64,000 nucleotides of DNA. It comes from Veleropilina oligotropha (taxonomy: Eukaryota). The stretch lies in assembly GCA_048128005.1 (NCBI GenBank), contig JBEUKZ010000093.1:124001-188000 (forward strand), written 5' to 3'. Below the pieces are notes generated by a model that did not search any database, was not told where the DNA came from, and saw only the letters and a program-made list of their open reading frames with translations. The translations under genes were made by a program, and so were the position numbers. Every line of letters starts with the position of its first letter. The stretch's first letter is position 1. Shown piece by piece: positions 37,060 through 52,322 of this stretch.

Positions 37060-38073
37060 TATCCCCGGAAACGAAAGTATCGTGGAATACTATGGTTTAG
37101 CGTCCGTTGCGCTGCCGCCGCCGCGAGATTCCTCGTGATCGCACTAGACAGGCCATTTCTTAACGGAATGTTTTCAAATTGGTATGTGCATTGGCTGGGG
37201 CGAGGACACGACGCCTATATATTTTGGGCGTGGTCCGACATCAAAGATGGCCGCTGTGGCATCCATCTTGAATTTTAAGCATAATTCCTTGTGATCGCAC
37301 TAGACAGGTCATTTCTTAACGCAATGTTTTCAAATTCGGTATGTGCATTGGTTGGGGCGAGGACTCGACACCTATGCATTTTTGGTGTGGCCTGACTTCC
37401 ACGATGGCCGCTGTGGCATCCATCTTGGATTTAAAGCAAACTTTCTTGTGATAGCTCTATACATGTCATTTCTTAACGGTATGCTTTCAAATTTGGTATG
37501 TGCATGGGTTGGGGCTAGGATAAGACACCTATATATTTTGGGTGTGGTCCGATCTGCAAGATGGCCGCCACGGCCACCATAATTGCTTGCAATAGCTCTT
37601 TAGAGACAGGTCATTTCTTAACGGAATGTTTTCAAATTTAGTATGTGCGTTGGTTTGGGTGCATGAGGACACTATACTTATAGATCTTGGGTGTGGTCTG
37701 ACCTCCAAGATGGCCGCCATCGATAGATTCCTCGTGATCGCTCGAGACAGGCCATTTCTTAATGGAATGATTTCAAATTTGGTATGTGCATTGGTTTGGG
37801 TGAGGACACTACACTTAAAGATCTCGGGTGTGGGCCGACCTCCAAGATGGCCGCCATCGAGAGATTCCTCATGATTGCTCTAGACAGGTCATTTCTTAAG
37901 TGAATGATTTCAAATTTGGTATGTGCATTGATTAGGGGGGGGCACAACACCTATAGATTTTGGGTGTGGTCCGGCCTCCAAGATGGCCGCTGTGGCATCC
38001 ATCTTAGATTTTAAAGCATCATTCCTAGTGATCGCTACCGGGGGATACATATGCGGTGACTGAGCGTCTAGTT
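37057..38073 (+). mobile_element. HINE/DINE-1-like element with internal ~140-160 bp tandem repeats
   Basis: 5' TTTTATCCCCGG versus subterminal CCGGGGGATA, a (GCC)n tract, CAAGATGGCCGC-containing units and a CTAGTT 3' end. Confidence 0.7.
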
Positions 38074-38114
38074 ATTATTATTATATGCAGGGTGGAAGCA
38101 AACTTAGGTCGATG

Positions 38115-38345
38115 CTATTCTGGCTGGTTCATTAGTTTGTAACGTGTCGTGAACATAGTACTAGTATATCTGAGCAAGTGAAATTTTGACCTTGCACCGT
38201 ACAAAATACAAGTGAATGCTTCCAGATCATCAAACTGCCCTGGAGTAAGAGTAGGACTTGTACCAAAATCTGTAAAGACAGTGATGTATTGCGAGTTCTT
38301 TTGTAGCACATGCAGGGGTCCACCTTTTCGTTATTATCTACAACA
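38115..38345 (-). pseudogene. DNA-transposon coding relic (possibly Academ-like)
   Basis: LQKNSQYITVFTDFG...LEAFTCILYG fragment; family assignment is from recall only. Confidence 0.35.
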
Positions 38346-39878
38346 CTTTAGACGATACTTCATTGCGATTCTTTTGTTATAAAACTGTGTCTATCCTTGA
38401 TATTCACTTTTAGCGATGTAAATGAAAACAATGCGCTGCTGTTCACACGTCGTTTATTAGCAAAGACGTGAACAAAGAAATGTGATAATTTTTGACAGGC
38501 GGCTGCGTTGCCTAGGGGTGCGCTCGAAACACTGTCCGGAACGTGCAGGACAGAAAGAACAGCACTCGAACGGTCGAGACCAGTGTCCGGAACCTGTGCC
38601 GCCTGTTCCACCCAGCGAGGTGGTACAGCGGGAACAGTGACGTCACCCATCATGTGACTATCAATTGGAACTTCCAACTTACATGTTATATATATATATA
38701 AATAATGCAGTATTCACAGCAAAGCTGAATTGTTGAGATAATGCTGTCAATCTGTCCATTCTAAATTTTACAAAATGTATACAAATAGCATAATTCTGCA
38801 GGATCTAGGTAATATACCTCAATTGTTCTCGTCATTTGTGATGCTGAATTAAATGATTGACATTTAAATTGCTTTCCATTTACATTTGTCAGATACAAGA
38901 ATGATTTTCGATTTTCGACATTGTCAATCCTGGGTATTTTGAAATGTTAAATATTTATTATTCAAATATTGGGCAATTCTCAAATTTACAATTTAAATTG
39001 TGACATCATCATCGAGTAATATACTTGTAGATTACCGGTCATTGCATTGGGTTGTGAGATTGATAAATGAAAACAAAATCTATGCTATTTCCCCCTTTCA
39101 CATTAGGCCACATGATATGGGTAGCTGATTTAGTAACAGCGGGACTCCAGATTCACACGCTAGTATGATATATCTCACGGAAATGGGTTCAAATCCTTGA
39201 TAAAATTGACGTATCCCGTTGTCACCATGAAGGTTGCTTAATCAGGAAACATCAAGCACCGCTCAAACCAAGCCTTTCAAAAATATAATAATCATGCACT
39301 TTGTACATAACAAATTATCTTGCTTTTCCATATCACGTCTTTTTGTTATTGTACGTGTTGATTCTGTAAATTATTCTAAAAGAGTCTGTATTATGTAAAT
39401 TATACGAATATATATCAAACCTATGGGTCAGTTACTAGAAACGCACAAAATACAGAGTATGTTGCCTTTCTACTATTTTTCATGTGTCTTGGACACGGAC
39501 CAAACTCGGACAAGCCGACGAGGAATACACCATGGTATCGTAATATTCATCAGCGGCGTCGGTGATGAAATCACAAATCCAGCTTCAAAAAAATAATATT
39601 CCAGTGCAGCGTGCAGGAAATATTTAGTTATTGTTGTGCAAGTGAGAAGGAATAACTTTTTAACGTTATTTAGTTGATAAAATGCATTAATCTCTGTCGG
39701 TAATCCCCACAAGAAAAACTGAACATGATAATGTACACATGTGAGAATTCTCATCACTACTGTGTCAGCGATAAATTATCGTTCTCACGCTCCATAATAT
39801 GCTAATCCACACAAGAGATAAATAGACATCTCATCCTTGCAGTGAGCCCTGCACGTCATCTTTAAGTTTTCATTATCT

Positions 39879-40664
39879 ATGCTGCAATCCATACAGGAGG
39901 GTAAGAGTATCCCTGTACGTTATGTGACAGGTGATTTAACAAGTCCAGTTGTCTCTATGAACACACCCATGCCGGATAAAAAGGTGTACAAATGTAGTGT
40001 CTGCGACAAATCATTTAGCCATTCAAGCGGTGTCAAGCACCATATGTTAATCCACACAGACACGAGACCTCATCAATGCAGTGTCTGTGACAAATCATTT
40101 CGCCTTTTAAGCAATATCAACGTGCACATGCTAATCCACACAAAAGAGAAACCTCATCAATGCCCTGCGTGTTACAAGTCATTTTCAAGATCACGCACTC
40201 TCAAGCTTCATATGCTTACACATACAGGGCTGAAACCTCATCAATGTAGTATTTGCGATAAATCATTTTCACAGCTTGTCAATCTCAAGCAACATATGAA
40301 AACTCATACAGGACAGAAACCTCACCAATGCGCTGTGTGCCACAAGTGGTATTCAAGTTCTCAGTATCTCCGTCAGCATGCTGCCATCCATACTGGAGAG
40401 AAGCAGTATCCCTGTACTTTATGCGACAAGTAATTTATTTCAGGAAGCAATCTCCATAAACATACTTTAACCCATACAGGAGAAACCTTATATCAGTGCG
40501 GCATATGTAACAAGTCATTTCACCAATCAGGCAGCCTCAAACAGCATATGCTAATCCACACGGGAGAGAAACATCACCAATGCAATGTATGTTATAAGTC
40601 ATTTACACTTTTATGCAATCTCAAGCAACATTTGCTAATCCACAAACGCGATCGACCTCAGTAA
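39879..40664 (+). pseudogene. ZF-C, 8-finger C2H2 gene with premature stop (TAA 40431-40433)
   Basis: Five fingers, then TCA>TAA in finger 6 relative to ZF-A; the frame continues to RDRPQ* at 40664. The splice acceptor is mutated to CAT (~39483). Confidence 0.78.
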
Positions 40665-41110
40665 TGTGCTGTGTCTGGCAAGTTGTTTTCAAGGCCTCGA
40701 CTTCTCCAGCAACATGCAGTTATCCATTCTGAAGTACGGAAACTTCACCAATGAGAGGTATGCTACGAGTCATATTAAAGTTATCAATTCATACCGGAGA
40801 CAAGCAGTATCGATATACTTTGGGCGGCAAATATTTGATATCCCATACCTTTCACTATTAGGCTATTTACAAACAAATACTCTGATATTGCATTGTATTG
40901 AATAATAATTTTTCCAAAATGAAAAGTTGGAGGATGATATGGCCGCTTCGACAGTCTTGTGGTTTCGGTTGCAGACTCCGAAAAATCGCTGGCTTGATTC
41001 TGTTGATGCGAACCTCATTTGGGAGATGACATTATTTGTTCAAGTTTTAAATCACAGTTGTCTCAAACTGGTCGGAGAGAGCAGGTTTCGCCGGGCGACC
41101 TGGCTTTCCT

Positions 41111-42082
41111 CCCACGATTATATGGACATGTCTTGCTCTCACGATAATATGGACATGTCTTGCTCTCACGATAATATGGACATGTCTTGCTCCCACGATA
41201 ATATGGACATGTCTTGCTCCCACGATAATATGGACATGTCTTGCTCCCACGATGATATGGACATGTCTTGCTCTCACGATAATATGGACATGTCTTGCTC
41301 CCACGATAATATGGACATGTCTTGCTCTCACGATAATATGGACATGTCTTGCTCCCACGATAATATGGACATGTCTTGCTCCCACGATAATATGGACATG
41401 TCTTGCTCTCACGATAATATGGACATGTCTTGCTCCCACGATAATATGGACATGTCTTGCTCTCACGATAATATGGACATGTCTTGCTCCCACGATAATA
41501 TGGACATGTCTTGCTCCCACGATGATATGGACATGTCTTGCTCCCACGATAATATGGACATGTCTTGCTCTCACGATAATATGGACATGTCTTGCTCCCA
41601 CGATAATATGGACATGTCTTGCTCTCACGATAATATGGACATGTCTTGCTCCCACGATGATATGGACATGTCTTGCTCCCACGATAATATGGACATGTCT
41701 TGCTCTCACGATAATATGGACATGTCTTGCTCCCACGATAATATGGACATGTCTTGCTCCCACGATGATATGGACATGTCTTGCTCCCACGATAATATGG
41801 ACATGTCTTGCTCCCACGATAATATGGACATGTCTTGCTCCCACGATAATATGGACATGTCTTGCTCTCACGATAATATGGACATGTCTTGCTCTCACGA
41901 TAATATGGACATGTCTTGCTCTCACGATAGTATGGACATGTCTTGCTCCCACGATAATATGGACATGTCTTGCTCTCACGATAATATGGACATGTCTTGC
42001 TCTCACGATAATATGGACATGTCTTGCTCTCACGATAGTATGGACATGTCTTGCTCCCACGATGATATGGACATGTCTTGCT
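41111..42082. repeat. 27-bp minisatellite, 36 copies, inside a SINE family 1 copy (~40940-42120)
   Basis: 972 bp = 36x27, same unit as 13943-15578. Confidence 0.97.
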
Positions 42083-44109
42083 ATGAACTTAACGGTTGGA
42101 AATATACAGGACATTCAGCATCCTGTCCTCTCCTTTGAGGCTGATATTGTGTCGTATCAGAGAATAATTGTTTTAAATTTATATGTAACTGGCAATACAA
42201 AATACTGCTTAGGTAAACAGGCCTGAAATGTACATGTACAATAGGAACTATGAATCAATACAATGCTTTGACATGAAGAGTAATTTTTATGTGTAGATAC
42301 CGTTCATTTGCACGAGTGGCCGTACATAAACTCAAACAAGGTGAAACCGTTCCGGTAGCTAATAGGTGAGGCCGCTCCGGTAGCTAATAGGTGAGGCCGC
42401 TCCGGTAGCTAATTGGGTTCCAATTCAGAATCGACATTCACTTCATTGATTGCTCCATCTAATTAGTAACAGTGCGTTCTAATTTCTGTTGGTGCAATAA
42501 CATTCCCTTTACTCATCGCAGATGTCCATAACGGACCAGGGTGAGTGGATTTTCCATGGACCGTGAGATCTCGCGATAATATTGACATGTCTTGGTATGG
42601 CCTTGATGGGTTGCAATAACGGTAATCCACCCAAACCAAACCAAACATGGTTATGATCCATTTTCTGGGGACGTCGTGCGCGATGATGTCATAACATTGG
42701 ATCACAGAGATATGAACATGCATAATCGTACTATCCAACTCTCCCAATATGTTCTGCAGGCCCCTGATATGCCGATGACAATCACTTTTGTTGTTATTTA
42801 TCATTTGTAGATTAATCATAAATGGTTCTTTATAGCATTCTTTTCTAAACCTTTTCCGCCATCTCTAATGGAAACGTTGGTAAAAGTGGATCTGGGTTCG
42901 ATCCCCTCAATTTCTTGATATTACGTCATTTGATCGACTTGAGACTGAAAGTTTCATTTGGAAACTATTTGATATGGCAGGTAATAAATGCACGATTTGT
43001 CGCCATAGAACGTTGGCAGATGTTGACCTGGGCTCGATCCCAGAGAGTGCCATGATAAAAGGTCGCCATTGGTCAAAATTGTTGGCGTTGTCATGACATT
43101 AACCCTCATTGCTTCATCGATCATATAATGAAGCTACATCCCCTTTTTGCCAATCCGGTGGCCGGAGCCACAACTGCGGTATTTTTCACAAATGCAGAAT
43201 AAAGTGTTATATATATATGTTTTTTTTTTTTTATGTTTTTTTTTTTCTCACCGGGGAGCTAAGTCCCCGATGTCACATGTATGTATGTATGTATGCATGT
43301 ATGTATGTATGTGTGCGTGTGTGTGTGTGTGTGCGTGCGTGTGTGCATATTTATTTATTTATCACATGACAAACCTATTATGGAACGGTAGAAGCCGTTC
43401 CATAAATTTCGTTACAAAAGACGTGTCATAAGTATGCAAAGGAGGGCGAGCATGACGGCCGGTCGACGCATCTGGTGCCAAGTTGATTAGGCGGCGCATC
43501 ACGCTCATTAACATATTGAATAATTCATACGCGTTGACTCGTCGATTACTGACATTGCAAAGACGAACTATTTTTTTATTGGCGTACTGGCATGGCGCGT
43601 GCTTTCGAGGCGTGATGCGTCTGAAGCATGGCAATTTATGGCTGAAAGTACTGACAGTTTTAAAACGTAAAGAAATGAGTTTAAAAACGCAATAAAATAA
43701 GTTTAAAGGTAAATAAAGTCATGTGATAAAGAAGATATCAAACTTGTTTCCATTTCATATGAGAATTGTGAAACTCGTCAGCAAGTTTATGTACCTCGCC
43801 ATGGCTCGGTACATAAATTGTGCCCGACTCGTTCCATAATTCTCATATGAAATGATGGACACTCGTTCGATATGCTATATATATGTATGTATATATGTAT
43901 GTATGTATGCATGTACGTACGTACAAACGTACGTACGTATGTATGCATGTATGTATGTATAATTATCAAACGCGCTGGCATAGATATTGAAACAGTTATA
44001 TTTTAGCTTAATCTTATCATAGAGACTTGGCATTTTGTTTAAAAGTTACTGGATTGTTTATTCTGGTTGAATCAATATTTATTGAAATACATTTCTGAAT
44101 TATTTCCTT

Positions 44110-46156
44110 AATTAAGCTTGAGTTAGTGAGACTAACCGTTCTCACTCGTGGTCTTCGGCTTAGAATGAACACGCATATCACGTGAACTCTTATTTTTGCG
44201 ATACGCTCTGACTGTTTTGGCATCGAAAGGTACGCTAAATTTGGTTTGCAGTTCTGCGTATTTGCTTTTGATAATTTTAGCAACGTCAACATTTTTTCTG
44301 TTGTATTGGATTCGAATAGGTATAATGTATCTCGGACCGCGCAGTCCGGAAAGCACATTCATCTCACAAGGATGTTTTGTCATGAGCGTTCTAATCCAAT
44401 AACTTTCTCTCTCTCTACGTAGTCGGTCAGTTTCATCTTTTGTCGCTAAAGTTGGTGGTTTTTCAATTGGCATGATTTGGAAATGTTGTGCTACGCAATG
44501 ACCAGGTAGGTAAATGGAAATGTTCTGAAACAGGTCCTTCGTTATCTAACCAAATGTCGGAAAGATGCCGGGTAGCACGCACCCTTAGTGCATTTTTTGT
44601 TTCGTCTACATATTGCTTGAGACACAATTTACAGGAGATCATATATATCACATAGAATCGAAATAAATATTAGATTTCATGTTGTAATTTGTTCTGGTTT
44701 GTTCACTTAGAAATGTTGGTCGATTGTTAATGAACTGGTCAAGTTTACAACGAGATTTACCACATTTGTTAACGCTTCCATTACCAACAATCTCTTTATC
44801 ATGTTCAATTTTAGCAGGTTGGAAATTCAAACTTTTTTCTTTAGCCTTTGATCTGAGTTATCTCAAAGTTATAGATTTGATTTCACGTAGTTTGCGGGCG
44901 GAATAGCCTCGCGGTTTTAGTGCATCAAATAATGTACGACAGGCGTCGTTGAAGTTACTCATGTCACTGGAGTTACGATGGAAACGAATAATTTGAGATT
45001 TAAGCACACCGTCAAAAGTGTGAGGCTGGTGAAACGACTTGGCATGTAACAACTCATGGGTATCTGTTGGTTTAAAGTAAACTTTGTAGTCAAGAGAATT
45101 GGAGTCGGCAAATAGTTTCCCTTTATAAATGGTCACATCTAGAAAGTTAACTGATTCTTGACTAATTTCTGCTTTAAATTTAATGTTAGGGTCATGGTTG
45201 CTTAACACATCGAAAATCCTCCAAAAGTCATCTGCTGTGTGTTCCCATATTATGAATATGTCGTCAATACAACGTTTATAAAAGGAGGGTTGTTTCTCTG
45301 CATTGTCAAGGACTCCATGTTCCCATTCGGCCATGTAAATTGAAGCAAAGTTAGGGGAAAATTTCTTACCCATTGCACAGCCCATGATCTGTTGATAGAA
45401 TTTACCATTAAACTCGAAATAATTGTTTTTCAAACTCAGTTCAACCAATTTTAAAACCTCTTTGTCAGGCCTGTGTAGTCAGGGTACCTGTCAAATGCAT
45501 TTTTAATGGCCTCTAAACCAGCGTCAATGTCAATGTTGGTATACATGGCATCTACGTCCAATGTCACAAAAAACACATCTTTGCTAACGTTCAATTCTGA
45601 TAACTGAGCAAGGAAGTCTTGCGTGTTTTTAACATAGCTGTCGTGACGATTCGCTATTGGTTTTAGGTAATGGTCAATGTATTCAGATATGTGATAAGAC
45701 TCGGATCCACAGTCTGATACAATCGGTCTGCCGGGTGGCGTACATTCGTCGGTCCATTTGTCAACTGGTTTGTGAATTTTAGGAAGCAAGTAAACGTTCT
45801 GTTTTTAGCACCGTAAGATTTACCCTCGTCAGCTGCCTGTTGAGCATATAGATACTGTATTCATATTGTTTTTTGGTAAGTGCAACTGTTTCTTTAAAGA
45901 TCTTAAAACGCTATTGAAGTTATCACGATTGTTTGGTTAGATGGCTCGTCAATTTCTCTGTAGTGTTTTGGATTGTTTAACTGCCTTTCAGCTTCTCTGA
46001 TGTAATTATCTCGTTTTAACAGAACTATTGCAGAACCTTTATCAGCTGGTTTGATTACAATATCCTCATCCTTTTTTAGGTTGATGAGGGATTTACGTTC
46101 TTGAAAAGTTAGATTTTGTTTATCATTGACTTTGTTCATATTGCGTACATCGACTC
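44110..46156 (-). pseudogene. Neptune-type Penelope-like element (RT + GIY-YIG), copy 2, more complete
   Basis: Retains the RT core QIMGCAMGKKFSPNFASIYM, RCIDDIFIIW, VNFLDV and YFKPTDTHELLHAKSFH, plus GIY-YIG; frameshifted. Confidence 0.92.
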
Positions 46157-49100
46157 TATATACAATGTATATTGTTATGCACGTATTTGCCACAAACTTA
46201 CTTTGTGTATTTTTCAATGATTTTGCCAATCCTGCTAAAATATCACAGTTATAACGGAAGGAATATACTTTATATTGAACATGAAGTTTTACACGTGATC
46301 TTCGGCAGAGCTGAAAACAATTATAGGAACGCGTTTTTTAGTAACAACAATAGAATATATAAAATGGGTTCTTTCACGGAGTAACGAAGTTGGAAAATAA
46401 ACTTGTTCAAAAGGCATTATTTTATTATATTGAAGTGAGATAAATTCGTTGTCGGCATGGCCGTCATGAAATATGGGTCTATGTTCCGTTTGTGAGAATT
46501 TATTAACGTCGACTTCGTCTCGGTTAATAAATTCTCACAAACAGGTACACAGACCCATATTCCCCTCGGGCAATGCCGACAACTTATAATGTATTTTGTG
46601 TTGTAAAACGCACTGGCACAGATATTGATCAGTTATATTTTAGTTTAATCTTATCATAGAGACTTGCCGTTTTTGTTTAAGCTAAACTGGTTTGTTTATG
46701 CTGGTTGAAGTATAGTTCGTTTATACTTTAGTCAAGATCTATGTTGAAATAGCTAACAAATGGAAATGTTAAACGGTTCAAACATAGATCTATCCCCTTC
46801 CCGTTTTGGTTAATATATCTGGGTATTTACATTTTATTTATCATTATATTAAAGCAGAGCTATATATCGTGACGTACTGGTAGGTGAGTTGACACGATTG
46901 TGGGCTCTCAATTTATTGGCTTGACTGCTCTCTCTTACAATAGTGAATTAGAGTTATCAGTTGTCCAAAACTGGTCTTGAGGTGGGCTTTCTCCAGTGAT
47001 AATATGGACGTGACCTCGCATGAACCTGAAGATTGTTATAACGGAGCAAAAATCAAAGTTTTATCTGAAATAAAGTATCCTTTACAGTGCGGTTTTTGTT
47101 GACAAGTCAATATTACAGACAGCTAGGTTTCCAATTTAAAGCATTTGTGAAGATATAGGATCGGGATGATGATAATGCCATCATGTATTTATTATTTATG
47201 TTATTAGTAGTGGGGTCAAACGTCGGCAGAGGCAGCACACATTTGTTTAAGTTAAGAATTACAGTTGTCCGTAACTGGTCGGAGAGAGAGAAGCGACAGG
47301 GCTTTCCTCCGCGATAATATGGACATATACATATATAAGCATCGATCCTTTCCTTTTCATTTTATTAGTTGCGCCATGATTTAGATTACTGCTATTGCTG
47401 CCCTTAACCTGTGAAAATGTATTGTAATTAGTGATGACAGATGCGAGGTGGAGTCATTACTCCTGATGTGTGATCAATTATAGCAAAACGGGTTGATATT
47501 GTATAGACTCTCCCAAAATTATGCGCCCTCGATCTGTTATAAACTGGTCAATTTAAGTAAAAGTATTAATTTTTTTAAACTTTAAAGACAACTCTTTTCA
47601 TATAAACTACTATTACTTTCTAAAAATATGCATACAATATAATATTATATGTACATGTATATTGATAAATAAAGCCATTGACTCGATGTTGCGACAATAA
47701 ATTTCAGATTATGTAACAATCATGCCTATACTGAACAGTGAAGTTTTTGATGAACAGTTATCACAATTCTTTCTGTATCAACCACTGTTTCAAAGAAAAG
47801 ATTATTTGTTAGAGTGGTTATTTTCAATATATCACCATTCTCAATGAGCCTTTTCTCTATGATATCTTCCTGCCCCGTAGTCGTGTGGTGTTGAGTGCCG
47901 AATCTGAAATCACTGGCTCGATTGCGCTAACTAAAAGAACTTTGTTTGAATGTCGGCTGGCACATTAACATTCCTTGTTCAGTTATCAATCACAGTTGTC
48001 TGTAGCTGGCCTTAGAGTGTGGGTTTCCTCGGGCTTTCCACCCACGATAATATGGACATGTCCAACCGTGAATCTGATAGTTGTAAATATACATAAACAT
48101 TTGATCATGTACATAAACGAATTTCAATGTTAGGTATTATACACATGATGTCACTTATACACATGATGGCTCATATTAATAATAAGGAGGAATACCACTG
48201 ACGATATACCAGGGTGATTGTTACTTCGTTGAATACATAGAACCATGTAAGACCAAGTAGTTCTAGTTGAAGAAAACAGTGTGAGCGCTTCCGGAGGACA
48301 TCTCTCCTATTGGATGGTGGGGCTGCTCGATAACAAAGTTTTTATTCGTAACTGGAACTGTTCTTGAATGCGAGTTGGCATGGATACACGCACGCACGCA
48401 CGCACGCACGCACACACGCACGCACGCACACACACACACACACACACACTAACACACTCACACACAATGTTATGATCCACATTGGCGGCTGCATATTGGA
48501 CAAACTCTGAAGTGAAGCTCGTTATGTTGAGCCCCTGCTGCATTTTGTTCGAAATGTTGCACCTCTTTATTAGTAGAATCGAGCAAATACCCTCGTGTAG
48601 GTGCAGGAGTCAATGAGAACGTCAACGTTTAGTTTTGGGCTGGTGGGGGGGGGGGGGGGAGTATAACTCAGGACGAATCACTGGTACAATAATAGCTTGT
48701 GCAAATGATGCAGATTTCATATGAGGATCTCTTGTACACGAAGCTTTAGGGATTCGGGAAAAGGTTAAGACATTCTTCTTCTTATGCCATATCATAAGAG
48801 AAAAATTATTTGATGATTCAGTTGATAAATATGTATGTCCATATGCTGAATGTTCAGGGCCTAGTGGAAATTAACCCATTTGATCAATGATGTCACTGAT
48901 GGTAGTTTGCTCATCATAATGCATTATATTTAAGATATTGTAACTTTGAAAAATACATCTGTTCTGTCTTCCTCTTGTGGCTTTCAAATATTTTGCGTAT
49001 TGAAACTGGTCTGATCAATCGCATACATATTGGTATATGTTTTCTGGGATGGAAATTTGCCTTTGGAATCCTATTAAATTACAAGCAAGCTCAAGTACCA

Positions 49101-51420
49101 GTATTAAATAAAGTGAACGTATGAATGCATCGTAAAGGCGATAATCTACTTTAGTAGCATGCACCAGTTCAATAACAATTCGTTCAGCGATTTTAACATT
49201 TCAACTTGTCATTTTAAATTGCGATAATCTACTGAAAGCTATACAAATATATAATAGTGAAATCAGGGGAGATAACCATGTTTTATTATAAAATATATAT
49301 ATATATATATAAAAATTTTGGGGAGCATGCCCCCAAACCCCCCTAGATATTCCCGGCTTACGGCCGCTCAATCGTCGCGGCCTTCGGCCGCTCACGTGGC
49401 TATCTCTTTCTCGCCATAAAAGGTTGGGATCGAAGTATGCAATATGAGGTGCCCTTGCTTATAATGATACCCCCCCCCCCCCCCTTAACATCAAAATGGT
49501 TGCGACGCCCCTGAGACGACAACACTAGAGGAGATAAGGCATGGAATTAATATATATTTAAAGGCACCTCCGAATTTAAAAACATTCGACATAATAACAG
49601 ATGCTGAATGTATTCCCAAAATACAAGTGTGTAAACAACGTGACGTCACATGTTTGCAATATGTCTTGACGGAAAATAGAGACGGATTAGTTCATATTAA
49701 ATACTGCCAATATTCAGACCATTTATTTCATTTGAAAGTAAGATAAAATCGTTGTCTTCCGATCACTCGGGTGACATCGGTGATTGTATTCCTTCCTGAA
49801 GTTGTACCCCTCAGCGCTACGCGCTTCCGGGTACAACGTCAGGCGGAATGAAATCACCGATGACCCCCTCGTGATCGGAAAACAACTTATAATGTCCATA
49901 TGCTGAATGTTCAGGGCCTAGTAGAAATTAACCCATTTGATCAATGATGTCACTGATGGTAGTTTGCTCAGCATAATGCATTATATTTAAGATATTGTAA
50001 ATTTGCAAAATGCACTTGTTCTGTCTTCCTCTTGTGGCTTTCAAATATTTTGCTTATTGAAACTACTCTGATCAATCGCATACATATTGGTATATGTTTT
50101 CTGGGATGGAAATTTGCCTTTGGAATCCTATTAAATTACAAGCAAGCTCAGGTACCAGTATTACATAATGTGAACGTATGAATGCATCATAAAGGCGATA
50201 ATCTACTTTAATAGCATGCACCAGTTCAATAACAATTCGTTCAGCGATTTGAACATTTCAACTTGTCATTTTAAATTGCGATAATCTACTGAAAGCTATA
50301 CAAATATATAATAGTGAAATCAGGGGAGATAACCATGTTTTATTATAAATATATATTATGTCATAATATTTACCTAGTATGAATTGTGTTGGTAAATTTA
50401 CTCATTTACTATTAGGAATATAACTTTCCTTGATAATGTTCTTACTTCAGGTGTGCTTTATTCATCCAATTAACCTTAAACCAAAAATTTATTTGTCACT
50501 GAAAGGGAGATAACTCTGATATTTGAATATGTTATTTCAATTTTGGAGCATTTTTCAAATTGCTTTTTTGGAAACTTGCACTATCAGAATTCCTTTAGAC
50601 TTGTGATATGTTGTGTAAAGGATAAAATACTTTACTTAACTGCAAACATTTCTGTTGCTATTAGTGTGGGGTCAAATCATATAATGACTGGACTACTGTG
50701 CATGAACGCATGCGCCGGTACCATACACATATTTTTCGATTGTTGAACGAGGTCAGAACGTAAGAGGGTGAAGATAACTTTGTGTTGAGATTAGATCCAA
50801 GCAACATTTGCTCTGGAATGTAAGTTACTTCTATCAAAATATACGATAATTAATGTCAACGCCAAGAGGAATACCGGACGTTTCGCAACTAAACCAGTTC
50901 GTCGAATTTCGACGAAATATCCAGACGTTTCATCGAATCCTTCAGAATCAGACGTTTCGTCGAATTTCAATACCTTGATTGAAGCTTCAGACGTTTCGTC
51001 GAATTTCATATCAAATTGAAAGAGGGTTATAGTAAATCACCCATATAACTGTGGAAATAAGATGCAACAAGCTATCATATTTTATCATATTATGAGAATA
51101 TATTTTTTATTATGCTGCTGAATTAAAAATAACTGATGTTTGAATCTTGTGTCTACTGACCGGGCAAGTTTTGTAACGTTCTGCTCAAACACCAAAATTT
51201 TCAATGCAGTTATATTGACATAATTTAATAACAGTGTATATCATGAGATGACTAAGTATCAAATTTGCATTTTTAAACAAAAATAAATATAGTTTGTTCT
51301 GTATAACAAGCCAATGTAGAGTGGAAATAGAAAAACATAACGATTATGTGCTCTCATTAATTCAGACGATTGGCAGATATTGACATGAAATAACTGGTAA
51401 AATCAAATATAGAATATTAT

Positions 51421-52322
51421 CTTACTTTAGCTCTTAATACTGCAATCTGATTGGTTAACGTTCCTTCGACAATTACCGTATTCCCCACCCAGGCGGGGTA
51501 TATGAATTATTTATACCTTACGTAGTTGTGTGTACTATTGTGATTTGGAGCGCCCTCGAAGACAACGGAGATAATTGTGAACATGTCGTCTGCCAAAACA
51601 TCAATGCAAATGTTAAGTCTTGGAATCGTCCATCGTTTCGAAAATTTTGCATCAATTTCATTTTATAGTCGTAACGGTTTACACTTTTGACATTTTCATG
51701 TAAACGGAATATCCAATTATCCTTATTTAGCTAATTTGGGTGTTTACTTCAGCTTCCTATTATTCTCCTGCGCAGAGACGTCATTTCTTTATCGTACTGT
51801 ACGGATTATTCTTAATTTATCTGCCTGGAGAGTAACTGTTGCTAGGCATTATTATTTCATTCTAATGGGCGCGTCAGAATATCTTCAATATTTTATATAA
51901 TGTATATTGGTATGGATGTATTTGCCACAAACAAACTTTGTGTATATTTCAATAATAATGCAAATTATGCTAAAATATCACAGTTATAACGGAAGGAATA
52001 TTTTTTATATTGAACACGAGTTTTACACATGATCTTCGGCAGAGCTGAAAACATTATTTTAGGAACGCGTTTTTTTCGTAACAACAATAGCATATATAAA
52101 ATGGATTCTTTCACGGAGTTACGAAGTTGGAAAAGAAACTTGTTCAAAAGACTTGATTTTATTATATTGAAGTAAGATAAATACGTTGTCGGCATAGCCC
52201 TCGTGAAATATGGGTCTATGTACCGTTTGTGAGAATTTATTAACCTCGACTTCGTCTCGGTTAATAAATTCTCACAAACAGGTACATAGACCCATATTCC
52301 CCTCGGGCAATGCCGACAACTT
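51421..52322 (+). mobile_element. Full-length Crypton-like non-autonomous element, present only in duplicate copy 2
   Basis: The empty site is at ~24402-24409, with ATATTAT duplicated at 51414-51420 and 52323-52329. 5' TTATCTTACTT is inverted with AAGTAAGATAA (52170-52180), followed by a hairpin at 52185-52320. Confidence 0.75.
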
